A DNA stretch of 62,943 nt, counting the filler, from Lenisia limosa (lineage: Eukaryota; Protista; Breviatea): NCBI GenBank assembly GCA_001655205.1. It is 10 parts of 10 records of this genome, joined end to end, with 100 filler letters (N's around TTAATTAATTAA, not from the genome) between each part and the next. Parts side by side here need not be neighbours in the genome. Positions count along the whole stretch, not along the records: positions 11,891 to 16,332 come from LPNZ01010717.1; positions 16,433 to 29,113 come from LPNZ01009309.1; 8 more parts are not named here. The stretch is one strand, 5' to 3'. Below the pieces are notes generated by a model. It saw nothing but the letters and a program-made list of their open reading frames with translations. It ran no database searches and was not told the origin of the DNA. Both the position numbers and the translations under genes were made by a program. How positions within the stretch are numbered: position 1 is the stretch's first letter; every line of letters begins with the position of its first letter. This document shows positions 12,044-23,240 of the stretch, one piece after another.

Positions 12044-15000
12044 GTAAAAGACCACATTCCGACCTTCCTGCACGCCCTCCTGGTCTGCTTTGCCGATGAG
12101 TCCTGGCCGGTCCGGGATGCTGCTTGTATTGGTGGGGGAGTGGGGTATTGGGTGGTCTTTAACAAACACTCTTATCTCGCAGCTAAATAATATCATATGA
12201 TAGTAGGGTACCTTGCAATTAATTGCCATAATTGGCACTATTATTTTTTTCGAAGAAATTAATTGCGTAATAAGTTGCAATCTTGGAGAAAATCATATTA
12301 TCTACAACATTATTTTGAAATAAAGCTAATTATTGAGTGGCTGTTGGAAACTTTCATTTCAGACTTTATTAAAAATACGTAATATACTTGTGCCCAGTCA
12401 AAAAATACGGAAGTTTATTTCTCTTTTTTACGCAACTAATTACATTTTTCAAGTCATTGCCAATTATTTGCGATGGTCAGGTAATTAATTGTACGGAGCC
12501 CTTATATATAGCATAACATAACACCACCCACCCTCTCGTATTATATGATACCTCACAGATATTGGATATTGTGTCTCCCTAGTATTCCCTCTCACCCGTC
12601 AGCCATCGGGTACTTTGTTGCTGCTCATCCCGAGGCGTGTAGACCGTTCATGGACAAGCTCAACCACCTCTGGGTGGAGACCCTTCATGATAGTGGGAAG
12701 GGGCTATTCAAGATGTGTTCATCGAAATTTCCTTCGTTTTGGTGACTAGTACCTTAACGCCAATATTCTTCGAAAAATCCTTCGTTTTCGCTTCACCCCC
12801 CAGACATTTGGTCCATTCGAGAACATGCAGCTGAGTCCTTTAAGAAGGGCATGGAAGTCTGGGAAGAGACTAAAGTCCTGGTGGGAGGGAGATCCTTTTG
12901 TTACGATTAGGGCTTCCTACGATCCGAAAAAGACCGTTAAAATATCGAAAGGACGGCTTCGGCCAAATACAGCCTTATTTTTTGCTATTATATTCCTTAT
13001 TTTATATTTCTCATTGCTTAAGGGGGGGGGGGGGGNNNNNNNNNNNNNNNNNNNNNNNNNNNNNNNNNNNNNNNNNNNNNNNNNNNNNNNNNNNNNNNNN
13101 NNNNNNNNNNNNNNNNNNNNNNNNNNNNNNNNNNNNNNNNNNNNNNNNNNNNNNNNNNNNNNNNNNNNNNNNNNNNNNNNNNNNNNNNNNNNNNNNNNNN
13201 NNNNNNNNNNNNNNNNNNNNNNNNNNNNNNNNNNNNNNNNNNNNNAGGCTGAAACGTCTCGTCGAAATGCCGGCTTAGAGAACACTACTTCCTTCGGTGT
13301 CGCTGCAGCCAAGGCCAAGGAGGAGGCTAAGAAGAGGTCAGGAAGGGTCCACTCTTCTTGGGTATTGGGAGTTTTCGGTTTTTTTTTTCTTCTTTTTTTT
13401 TTCTATCTCACAATTCAGGGAAGACAATGATATGAGCAGTCACGACAACAAACAGGTAATGCTTATTGGGGTGGTGGTGCTTGTCCATCCAATTCAGGGC
13501 ATAGAATGGAGCTTTCTAGGCCTTATTATCATATTGGTTTCTATTTTAAAGTATCCTTGCTCAAAAAGAGTTTATATTCTATTACAACCCCATCCCTTGT
13601 GGTGCTACAGAAGCGACTAGCCTTAGCTTTGTTTTTGTTTTTTTCAACCTTGTGTGTTTTTCTAATGTTTAGCCATGGAGTTGATTTGTTGTGTTTCATA
13701 AATTTTCCAATTCTACTCCTCACCTCCAGGTATTTTCCTGCGGTAGCCTAGCACCTAAGCTGAAGAGGGGCGGATGCGGCTGTTTCGGGGCTGGCACGCT
13801 GAGGCCGTCCCAGCCCTGGGAGAGTAGCGACGGGTTAGGGGGATGTAGCGTCTTGGCTTTTTCCCTGTGGTGGAGTAGGCGTTTTAGTACTTTGATTGGC
13901 TTGATGTGGGAAGGTTAATATTGTTCTTGTTTCTATAATGTTATTTTTTTTTTGCTTTCTCTTCTTTCCATTCACCGTCTTCTTCACTCTTTGGTTTGTG
14001 ATCCACCTTTCCCCCGATATGTATTGTTGAGAGTTTTTCTCCATTATCCCCCCTCCCGTACGTTGGAGTGATGGGATGTGGTGCTGNNNNNNNNNNNNNN
14101 NNNNNNNNNNNNNNNNNNNNNNNNNNNNNNNNNNNNNNNNNNNNNNNNNNNNNNNNNNNNNNNNNNNNNNNNNNNNNNNNNNNNNNNNNNNNNNNNNNNN
14201 NNNNNNNNNNNNNNNNNNNNNNNNNNNNNNNNNNNNNNNNNNNNNNNNNNNNNNNNNNNNNNNNNNNNNNNNNGCCGCCTTGCTACTGCCTAAACTGGCG
14301 GAATTGGTGGGACAGTTTCTTTCATCTTGTTCCCCTAGATTTCATATTGCTCAAACGCATTCCCCATATTTGATGCTTTTTCTTTCATTTATGCACAATA
14401 TTCGTGGCTGTTTCTTTCATTTATTCACTATATTCGTGGCTGTTTCTTTCATTTATACACAATATTCGTGGCTGTTTTTTGATAGATAATATTGCTGACT
14501 GCTTTAGGCTGCGATGGATCACTTTACGCACTACTATTTGTTGATGGAGACTATTTGGAAGCAAATGCCGGTAGTTATGACGGTAAGCTGTATTTATTAT
14601 TGTATCAAAGTGGTTATCAGTTTTCCAATTTTNNNNNNNNNNNNNNNNNNNNNNNNNNNNNNNNNNNNNNNNNNNNNNNNNNNNNNNNNNNNNNNNNNNN
14701 NNNNNNNNNNNNNNNNNNNNNNNNNNNNNNNNNNNNNNNNNNNNNNNNNNNNNNNNNNNNNNNNNNNNNNNNNNNNNNNNNNNNNNNNNNNNNNNNNNNN
14801 NNNNNNNNNNNNNNNNNNNNNNNNNNNNNNNNNNNNNNNNNNNNNNNNNNNNNNNNNNNNNNNNNNNNNNNNNNNNNNNNNNNNNNNNNNNNNNNNNNNN
14901 NNNNNNNNNNNNNNNNCTTTCCACCAATATTCTTCATCTTAATTTCCTTCGTTTTACATTCCAGAGAGCCCTGACATGTGATAATCGTTTGGCTCAGGCG

Positions 15001-16175
15001 GCAGCAGCCACTTCTATTGGTGGGGTGGGATGCTCTATTATATTATTCATCGTAACACCTTTCTACTCACTATTTTTCAGTAATGGTCCATTAACATGTT
15101 TCCCAAATGCTTAGCCCCCCCCCCCCCCNNNNNNNNNNNNNNNNNNNNNNNNNNNNNNNNNNNNNNNNNNNNNNNNNNNNNNNNNNNNNNNNNNNNNNNN
15201 NNNNNNNNNNNNNNNNNNNNNNNNNNNNNNNNNNNNNTCTCAACCCTCTTGTTGCTCCAACAGAGTTTATTGTGGGCTCTTTCATAAATTGTCCATTTTA
15301 ACTTTTGTCATCTGGCTTTTGTCTAGCTTTAGCGTTGGTTGCTCATGTTTGCTATTGCTTGTTTTTTTTTTGTTTTTTTTGGAGTTTCAGATTAATTAGT
15401 ACTTTTACGCCAATTCATTGAAATTTCCTTCATTTTACTCCCCCAGAAACGTGGGGTTTTTTTATTCATAAATTGTCCATTTTAACTCCCCCAGAAACCT
15501 GGCGCGACCTCGTGGCGCCCTCCATCTTCGACGCCCATGTGGCCAAATACCCCGGCCTGCAGAACGTCATCAACCGCTGCGAGTTCGTTACCGCTCCTCC
15601 TCCCCGCACCGGCCCGGGTTCCTGGTTCTAAAGTGGGGGGTTGTATACCTACGAAAAAAAACAAAACAACACCCTGTGTTCTTTGAGGGGAGAAAACTCT
15701 GATGAGAACCCTGTGTACTTCGAAGATTCTCACAGGGCTTCGCTTCGATTCGAAAAAGGACTGAATTTCTATTTTATCAATATAATACAGGTCTTTTTCG
15801 AACCAAAGTGAAGCCCTACTGCTCTCATCTTCATCATATCACCAACCCCCACAGTCACCTCTCACACTTCAGGTATTCTTTGAAGAGCTGCACCCAAGAT
15901 TTGTCTGTTTGTCTGTTTGTGACGACTGGCTTAATAGAAGTCTGCTGACAACCCCGGGATTGCATTGGACTCCATTCGGTCCGAAAAACACTGGTTTATC
16001 CAGATTTATCGAGGTTAGAGGTTGTTGAACTTACCCCTCGCGGCCAAGAATTGCAAAAACAACATCCAAATATAAAACTGAGACACGGATACATTTATAC
16101 CACCAAAAGTTAAATGCCCGACAAAAAGAAGCCACTCGCTCATACTCTCAACACGAGTCTGGAAGCGTTAATTGA
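12044..16175 (+). CDS. HEAT/ARM-repeat protein, 5'-truncated and partly in gaps
   Basis: Spliced exons: VKDHIPTFLHALLVCFADESWPVRDAACI-AIGYFVAAHPEACR...LHDN-IWSIREHAAESF, VFSCGSLAPKLKRGGCGC...QPWESSDG, DHFTHYYLLMETIWKQMP, ALTCDNRLAQAAAATSI-ETWRDLVAPSIF. WPVRDAA and WSIREHAA are HEAT-like. The 3' end (TGA 16173-16175) is less certain. Confidence 0.65.
12204..12503. mobile_element. Degenerate ~300-bp hAT-like MITE, family G, intronic
   Basis: Imperfect TIRs TAGGGTACCTTGCAATTAATT and (reverse complement) AAGGGCTCCGTACAATTAATT; TSD not clear. Confidence 0.5.
14378..14480 (+). repeat. Tandem repeat, 32 bp x3, intronic
   Basis: Unit TTTCTTTCATTTAT(G/T/A)CAC(A/T)ATATTCGTGGCTG. Confidence 0.85.
15733..15818 (+). 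mobile_element. hAT-type MITE, family A, internally deleted
   Basis: CAGGGCTTCGCTTCGATTCGAAAA...TTTTCGAACCAAAGTGAAGCCCTA; TSD not recognisable. Confidence 0.75.
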
Positions 16176-16432
16176 TAAGGGGGTCTGGATACCAGGGAAT
16201 AAAAAACAACTGCAGATGTAGAAATGAGAAATTAAACAAGGAGTATTTGGCCGAAGCCGTCCATCCCATCATGCTGATAAGAGATATTTGATCTATGTAT
16301 GATATTGATGATTCTATTCAGCTATTTATTCANNNNNNNNNNNNNNNNNNNNNNNNNNNNNNNNNNNNNNNNNNNNTTAATTAATTAANNNNNNNNNNNN
16401 NNNNNNNNNNNNNNNNNNNNNNNNNNNNNNNN

Positions 16433-16555
16433 TTGGCATGTTGGGGAGACACGCAGAAAGCTCTGTGCACAGAGTTGTAAGGCAAATGATTGGGTGAATT
16501 AATATTATAAGCGTGATGGTGTAGACGGCTTCGGCCAGATACATCCTTATTTGTG
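16433..16555 (-). repeat. Dispersed repeat family B (~150 bp, unclassified)
   Basis: Matches copies at about 2425-2455, 11751-11790, 16245-16292, 20579-20635, 24432-24545, 25495-25640, 26740-26860, 34185-34255, 35730-35778, 38514-38625, 38960-38991, 59853-59945 and 61591-61632. Core TATCTGGCCGAAGCCGTCCACACCATCACGCTTATAAGAGAT...AATTCACCCAATCATTTGCCTTACAACTCTGTGCAC. Confidence 0.9.
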
Positions 16556-16602
16556 AGTTCTCATTGCTTTATGTTCCACTTATCCATTCAGCCCCAGCAA
16601 AC

Positions 16603-19600
16603 AAGTGCCGGCATGCGCTCCGGGGTACTCAAAGGTCTGCAGGACACGTGCACACAAGATGCAATTGCGCGTAGCCACGCCTTGCCCGCCTCTCTCGCTT
16701 CTGTCCTCACGAAGAAATAGGTTTTGTTGTCGTGTGTTTAATGTATTTTTACTGTTCCTAAAACTACAATTGGTACCTCAAGCATAAGAAAATTCTTTTT
16801 TTTTTTTTTTTTTTTTTTNNNNNNNNNNNNNNNNNNNNNNNNNNNNNNNNNNNNNNNNNNNNNNNNNNNNNNNNNNNNNNNNNNNNNNNNNNNNNNNNNN
16901 NNNNNNNNNNNNNNNNNNNNNNNNNNNNNNNNNNNNNNNNNNAGCTTCTTGAAAATGTTCAAAAAAAAAAAAAAACCTCTTTTGCTTGAGGTACCCCCAT
17001 CAGAATCTCTTTTGCTTGAGGTACCCCCAGAATCTCTTTTCTCAAGCAAAATCCTTGTCTACGTTCCTGTTGTTCAAAGGATGAATTAGTGGAAAGCTAT
17101 TCTTTCCATGTCGAAAAGCCTATCGCTTTATTCTTTCTTTCCATGTACGCATAAGCCCACGGGTAATCAAAAGAAGGTTCCTTGAAACACGAAATCAAAT
17201 GTATTAAATAACTAAACCTTCCTCTCCCTCCTCATCCTCTTCGGGGACACTTAAGCCGAAAATCAGGCCATGCTCCCCTAGGTCCTCCTCAGGTATTGAT
17301 AGGCGCGATACGGAGCCGTCGTTGCTGTCTGGGGGGGAGGGTGTGAAGGGATGCAAGATGCTAGAAATAGTGCCAGCCTACCCCCATCCCCCATCCAGCG
17401 CCAATAACACTCCCACAAAAGCCATAGCCATATTCAATAATACCCACATTGACCCAGATCAGAGTTTTACTTCGGTTCGGTCCGGTAGTTACCAAACCGA
17501 CATTGTCCGAACCGACATTGTCCGAACCGAACCGAGCCGAACCGACTTTTACCAATATTTAGCTTTTGTGGGAATTTTTTTCTTAATGATACCAGGTGAT
17601 ATTGTGAAAGTGCATTTAGAATTTTTTATTTTTTCAACCACAAATATTATTTAAATTCTGAAGCAATATTAGTCAAATTTGTATTGCGATTGATTTTATA
17701 CTCTTTATGGTGGGTTCAAACCACGGTGTGGTTGTTTTTTTTTGTTTTTGTCAAAGTCGTCGGTAAAGTCGGTTTACCGACCGATATATCTCAATTTACC
17801 GAACCGAACCGAAACCCATTTTCACCAACAATTGGATTTACCGAACCGAACCGGTACCGAAACCGAGCCCAGATATTCAATAAAGCTCCTCACTTACGCA
17901 AATACTCCCAATATAACCCCCATACCCGGGGAGACTGGTTGGCTGTCGTAGTAGCCGCCCGTTGTTGATGCATTTGCGCTCTGAAGGAATGAAGGAAATT
18001 GAGATTTAGAAAAGAAATTCACAAAAGATTGCAGATCAAAGGACAAAATCAAAATAACTCCAAACAAGAATGGAAAATAAGCGCAGGCCTCATATGTAGA
18101 GCTTTCCTAATAGCCTTAATTCTCTATCAATCCAAGAAAAATATTGCATCATTTTGGAAACTGAGGTAAAGATCTACCCGCATGCACACGATATAGCGGA
18201 ATCATTCCCACATGTGTTAGGTCGTCATGGGGCAAGTGCTCCATTGAATTGGCCAACGAGTGCAGCGATGAGATGGTGGAGTGTGTTTCATGGTGATGGT
18301 ATTCCGGGAGGCCGTCCACTGATCTTTGATCGTACGCGGATTGGGCTTCAACTTCGTCAAAGGCAGGCTNNNNNNNNNNNNNNNNNNNNNNNNNNNNNNN
18401 NNNNNNNNNNNNNNNNNNNNNNNNNNNNNNNNNNNNNNNNNNNNNNNNNNNNNNNNNNNNNNNNNNNNNNNNNNNNCATGTTATTCTGTGCACCCCTCCC
18501 CCCCTCCAGGTTATACAGTTATACACACTCCTCCCCACTCACATTATACGGCGCCGGGGCGTCAGGATCCAACATTCTCGACAGTTTAGTCCGTGAGACC
18601 TGGATATAGTTATGGGGTACACAGGCGGGATCAATAATTTGATAGTGATTGTAGACAATGATGCCACGGTTAGATAGAGGATGATTGTGGACAAGAACGA
18701 AATAACTATTATGAGGAAGGACAATGGACCATTGTTAGTTTCAACTTGGGCTTCAAACAGAATATTCCAAACACCCTCGAAAGCAATCGATCAGATCTTT
18801 TTTTTTTCAGAATGAACAACCCATCAATCTACCTCCCCACTCGAGCTTCACTGCGGTTCGAAAAAGACAGGTAAAATATCAATAGTTTTCGAGGATTTAT
18901 CGAGAAATTCAGCCCCCCCTCTCACCGGTTTTTTTCTTGATATTCTTGACTCGCTGGTGTCGCCGATGTTAAAGGGCTCGGGAATAGTCACCCCTGGTTG
19001 CCACTGCTCCCCTGAAACTGTTAGACCGACGGTACCCATGTTGACTGAGTCATTATGGGGTATTTCAATCTCCCCCATGCTTCAAATCTACAAGAAAGTA
19101 GAATGAAGTGTTGCAACAAAAGAGCAAACTGTAGTAAGGTTAAACACTGCAGATAACTTAAGGCACAAGAATTCAGTTACGTCTCATTGAGCCCTAACCT
19201 CTACTCGGCTGTTTCCTTCTCTCGTTGTCAACTTTCTCCTCATGCGCCTTCTTCTGCCGATTCAGAAACTTATCCATTCCCTGGGGGTGTTAGAGGGCGT
19301 CATTTCAATGTGAAGGACTATGAAGTTAAAATAAAAAGGGACAAAAGTGATATTTTTATGAACATATAAACAATAAAAGGTCCGCTTTTGCGAACATAGA
19401 CGTTTTTGTAAAATTCCACCTCAATTTAGACAAGCCCCAATACCCCTTTCTCTCACCTTAACTTCAGTTTTGGGCTTGACTGGTCTCTTTGGGCTTCGAG
19501 CAGATACCTTTTCGGTTATGATATCAAAGGGTTCATTCCGGTACAAAAAATCCAGTAAAATATCGATATTTATCGAGAAATTCTGTCTTTTTTTCTAACT

Positions 19601-22600
19601 ACAGTGAATTCCTATTATTCACCTTTTGTATCACATGATATGCTTTATATACTACCTCTCCCACGTCAGGCCTAAAAGTGCAGTGTAGGGCGGATTCCTC
19701 CATATCCTTCCTCTCTCGCTCCCTGCAGAGGGTAAGTACTGTGTTTGCAGAAATGTTAAATAGATACGCAAATTGATCTCGTTTGAAGCGCCAATATCTT
19801 TACAAAGGATATTGATCGGGGTGGATGGAGCGACAGAAGCGTCATACCCCCACACCCCCTAAATACCAAGTTCTTGCATTATATCCCCTCGCACCTTTTA
19901 GCATTATCGAGTCTCTCTTGTCGGGCTCTTGCCCATTCCTGTTGTCGATACTCAAACGAGCAGCCGGCAAGGAGGCTCGACATTCCTTCTACAGCGTGAG
20001 TTGAATATCCCTTCTATAGTTTGAAATCGATACGCCTTCAAGAGAGTAGGGATAAAGTGTACTTATGATGAGACAGAAGGAGTATTATCTACCTTGCTCC
20101 TTCCACACTCTATCCAGGCATGCCTACGCTAGATCGAATGTATGAACCAACCCAGCAATAAAGTACATCACAAAGAAGGTTGGTATATTTTCTTGAAGAA
20201 ATGTGACATTTTCGGTCAAGACTTAGTACGGTCACCGTATTCACCCCCCATACCCGAGTTTTCGTCGGCCTGAGAGAGCAAATCAGCCAGGGACAGACTA
20301 TCAGATTGCGGACTAAAAAGGGGGTGAAGATATACACATATACATATATATGTATGCTGGAATGCAAAAAAATAAAATAACTTGGCACTCGAAAAGCGCA
20401 CTGATTTGAGGTAAAGCAAAGCGATAAGGTAATAGTGATAGCTATTTTGTGACAATTTTGTGGAATGTGGTAAACCGTTTACAGGTGTTGCGTGGTTTTC
20501 TTCTCTTTTTGAACTGCCTTCATGGGGTTGATTTTGGGCTGAAAAGTACACCCCGAGGCTAAACCATTAAATGAATAGAGATGAGAAATAAAACAAGGTT
20601 GTATCAGGCCGAACCGTCCACACCATCGCTCAGAAGAACATTTAATATTAGAAAACAGGAAGAAGTGGTAAAAGCCCCCACCCTCTCTCACCAAGTTCCT
20701 CCCGCACGTTTGCTTCCCATTCGTGACGTTCACGCTGAAGCCTCATGCCCTGTCATATTAGGAGAAAGCTGTTGTGAGTTCCAGATGTCAGCGACAGAAA
20801 TTGCCTTTAAAAACAGACAACCAGATTACCTTTGATAAATATTCAAAAGTATCGAGCATTACCCCCNNNNNNNNNNNNNNNNNNNNNNNNNNNNNNNNNN
20901 NNNNNNNNNNNNNNNNNNNNNNNNNNNNNNNNNNNNNNNNNNNNNNNNNNNNNNNNNNNNNNNNNNNNNCACCAAGACGCCTAAATGCGTAACCGTCCAA
21001 TTTCGGAATAGAAACAGAGAATTGCTGATCTAAACCGGCGTGGATTCAGCCAATCAAGCCAATCGATACCTTGATTTTGGGTTTATGCTTGGGACAAAGG
21101 AGTATTGCTCAGGTTGTGCCCGCGGCNNNNNNNNNNNNNNNNNNNNNNNNNNNNNNNNNNNNNNNNNNNNNNNNNNNNNNNNNNNNNNNNNNNNNNNNNN
21201 NNNNNNNNNNNNNNNNNNNNNNNNNNNNNNNNNNNNNNNNNNNNNNNNNNNNCAACAAGGGGGAATGGTGGTATCAGTGGAAATGAGGATTGTATAAAAT
21301 GATGTCAACACATTGATTGCTTTGTTGAGAGGAAGGTACATTTTATATACTATATATGATATAAATGACAGTATGTCAACCTATGCCTTCCTAAACTCTC
21401 TCTCCCCCCCCCCCCACTGCCTGCAGCNNNNNNNNNNNNNNNNNNNNNNNNNNNNNNNNNNNNNNNNNNNNNNNNNNNNNNNNNNNNNNNNNNNNNNNNN
21501 NNNNNNNNNNNNNNNNNNNNNNNNNNNNNNNNNNNNNNNNNNNNNNNNNNNNNNNNNNNNNNNNNNNNNNNNNNNNNNNNNNNNNNNNNNNNNNNNNNNN
21601 NNNNNNNNNNNNNNNNNNNNNNGGCTGACAACACACGGGGGTTGACAACAACAAAACACACAAATGCCAGGCCAGTAGCTTCAGCAGCACAGCATTCCCT
21701 CACCCCAGCGTACGTGATGGGAATAACACGATAGGAAGGAGAGAGGGGAATGGAGAGGGACGGTGTGTGTGTATATTCACACAGGGACATGGGGGTACAT
21801 GGTGATACAAAACAATTAGTTTGGTGTTGTCGTCAAGTTTCTTTGAAAAAAACCCCACAGCATTAGGTCTATGATTAAAACGGTGATTTATGACAGTAAC
21901 ACCTACCTGAGGAGGGGGGTGGAAGCTGGGGTGCTCTTCACGGTTGCTAGAGGTCCAGCCATCTTCATAATTGCCAGACATAGAGCCTGGATTGTGACAT
22001 CTTAGAACAGATGAAAAACAGAAATATTCATGTCTGTTGGAGTTGTTAAATTGGAGAAATATGACTGGAACAATATCAACGATTATCACTGAACATTTCC
22101 CTTTGAGGGGGGGGGGGGTGCCCTTTTCACNNNNNNNNNNNNNNNNNNNNNNNNNNNNNNNNNNNNNNNNNNNNNNNNNNNTCTTTTTAAACTATTATAT
22201 CTCTCTTTCATATCAATCGAAGTTGGATGTAAATACCAACCCAAATGAGACACTTCCATCAAGTAGTGGTTGGAGATGGGGGCGGCGGGGGTCATGGATG
22301 ATATGTGCGATAGTCGGCTAGACCTGAGCGAGTAAAATTGGAAGTAATCTTTAGACCTAAGGGCGGTAACAAAAACACTTAAAATCGGACAGCATATAGA
22401 AGTACATGAATACGGTAGGTAGCCAATAATAACAAACTAACGTTTCACATAAAGATAAGATTACAACTACAATTAAATAAAAAGTTGTATCATTTATCAA
22501 GGTGAGATATGGAGGAAATAACAACACTTTGGTTTATGCCAGAACAGGATCAAAGACTGAAGTGAATGGGCGAGCAAAGAACAAAATAAAGAGGAAAGCA

Positions 22601-22900
22601 CTCCATTTATGATTATTACCCTAAAGTGTCCACAGCAAAGCAAGCAGGCCCTCAGGAGAACCCACATATAGCTGGAAAATTGTTCATTTTCGTCCCCGAG
22701 GCCTCGACTGGTAAAGTAAGCGCGAAATACACCAGAGAACACGTTACCTGTCATAAGAGCCATATTGATGCCGATAGTCCGCCATAATGGGGGCGAATGA
22801 CACCAGATCGCGCTTTTGGTTCGAAAGTGTTCACTTCAACTATCCAAAAACTGTATAATCTATCTAGCTACGTAATTCGGTTCCTAATTTTGGACTATCC
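16603..22900 (-). CDS. Large multi-exon hypothetical membrane protein with possible C-terminal PH-like domain (may be two genes)
   Basis: GT-AG exons include LWRTIGINMALMT, IPHNDSVNMGTVGLTVSGEQWQPG, a TM segment LSFLIIVISFLSTIILYLTVAS, ERKCINNGRLLRQ (like a PH strand 1) and EAGKAWLRAIASC (like the PH terminal helix). Many exons lie in gaps. Confidence 0.4.
17460..17866. mobile_element. ~400-bp insertion with CCGAA/TCGGT pentamer arrays (hAT-like, family D)
   Basis: Starts CAGAG; both subterminal regions are rich in ACCGA/CCGAA; flanked by ACCCAGAT/GCCCAGAT (7/8). The right TIR is not evident. Confidence 0.5.
18843..18915 (-). mobile_element. hAT-type MITE, family A, truncated
   Basis: GAGCTTCACTGCGGTTCGAAAAAGACAGGTAAAATATC...GAGAAATTCAG matches the family A reverse orientation. 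Confidence 0.7.
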
Positions 22901-23240
22901 ATGGAATAATTTCACGAAAGTTTTATAGGCTTTTATCCTGGGGATAAATGCAACCACGTATTGAGTCACGATGGATAGAGCACTAGTACATTATTGATAG
23001 ATTAATACACTATTGATATATTAACACATTAATAATATTATGACAACTGTATGGCAATATGATGCTTTGATTGTTTGATTGCAATATGGCTGATTTCAAT
23101 ATAGCAATATGACAACAATCAAACAATCAACATTGCATAACCACCTTGCGAAACTAGACATATCCTTGGAATAAAACCATTCATTGGTACAAAGACCCTC
23201 ACTCCGGGCCGAAACAAACAAGTGTCAAAAATACAACAAA

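Noticed and set aside
12749-12758. U12-type branch point (CCTTAAC)
   Set aside because: It is about 45 nt from the acceptor, the intron donor is GTGGGA rather than RTATCCT, and other copies of the motif read CTTTAC.
12825-15301. Long ORFs in the supplied track that run through X stretches
   Set aside because: They are artefacts of N gaps suppressing stop codons, not real reading frames.
15447-15450. Constitutive 4-nt microexon AAAC
   Set aside because: Inclusion shifts the frame away from the HEAT-compatible ETWRDLVAPSIF reading; kept only as a duplicated-acceptor observation.
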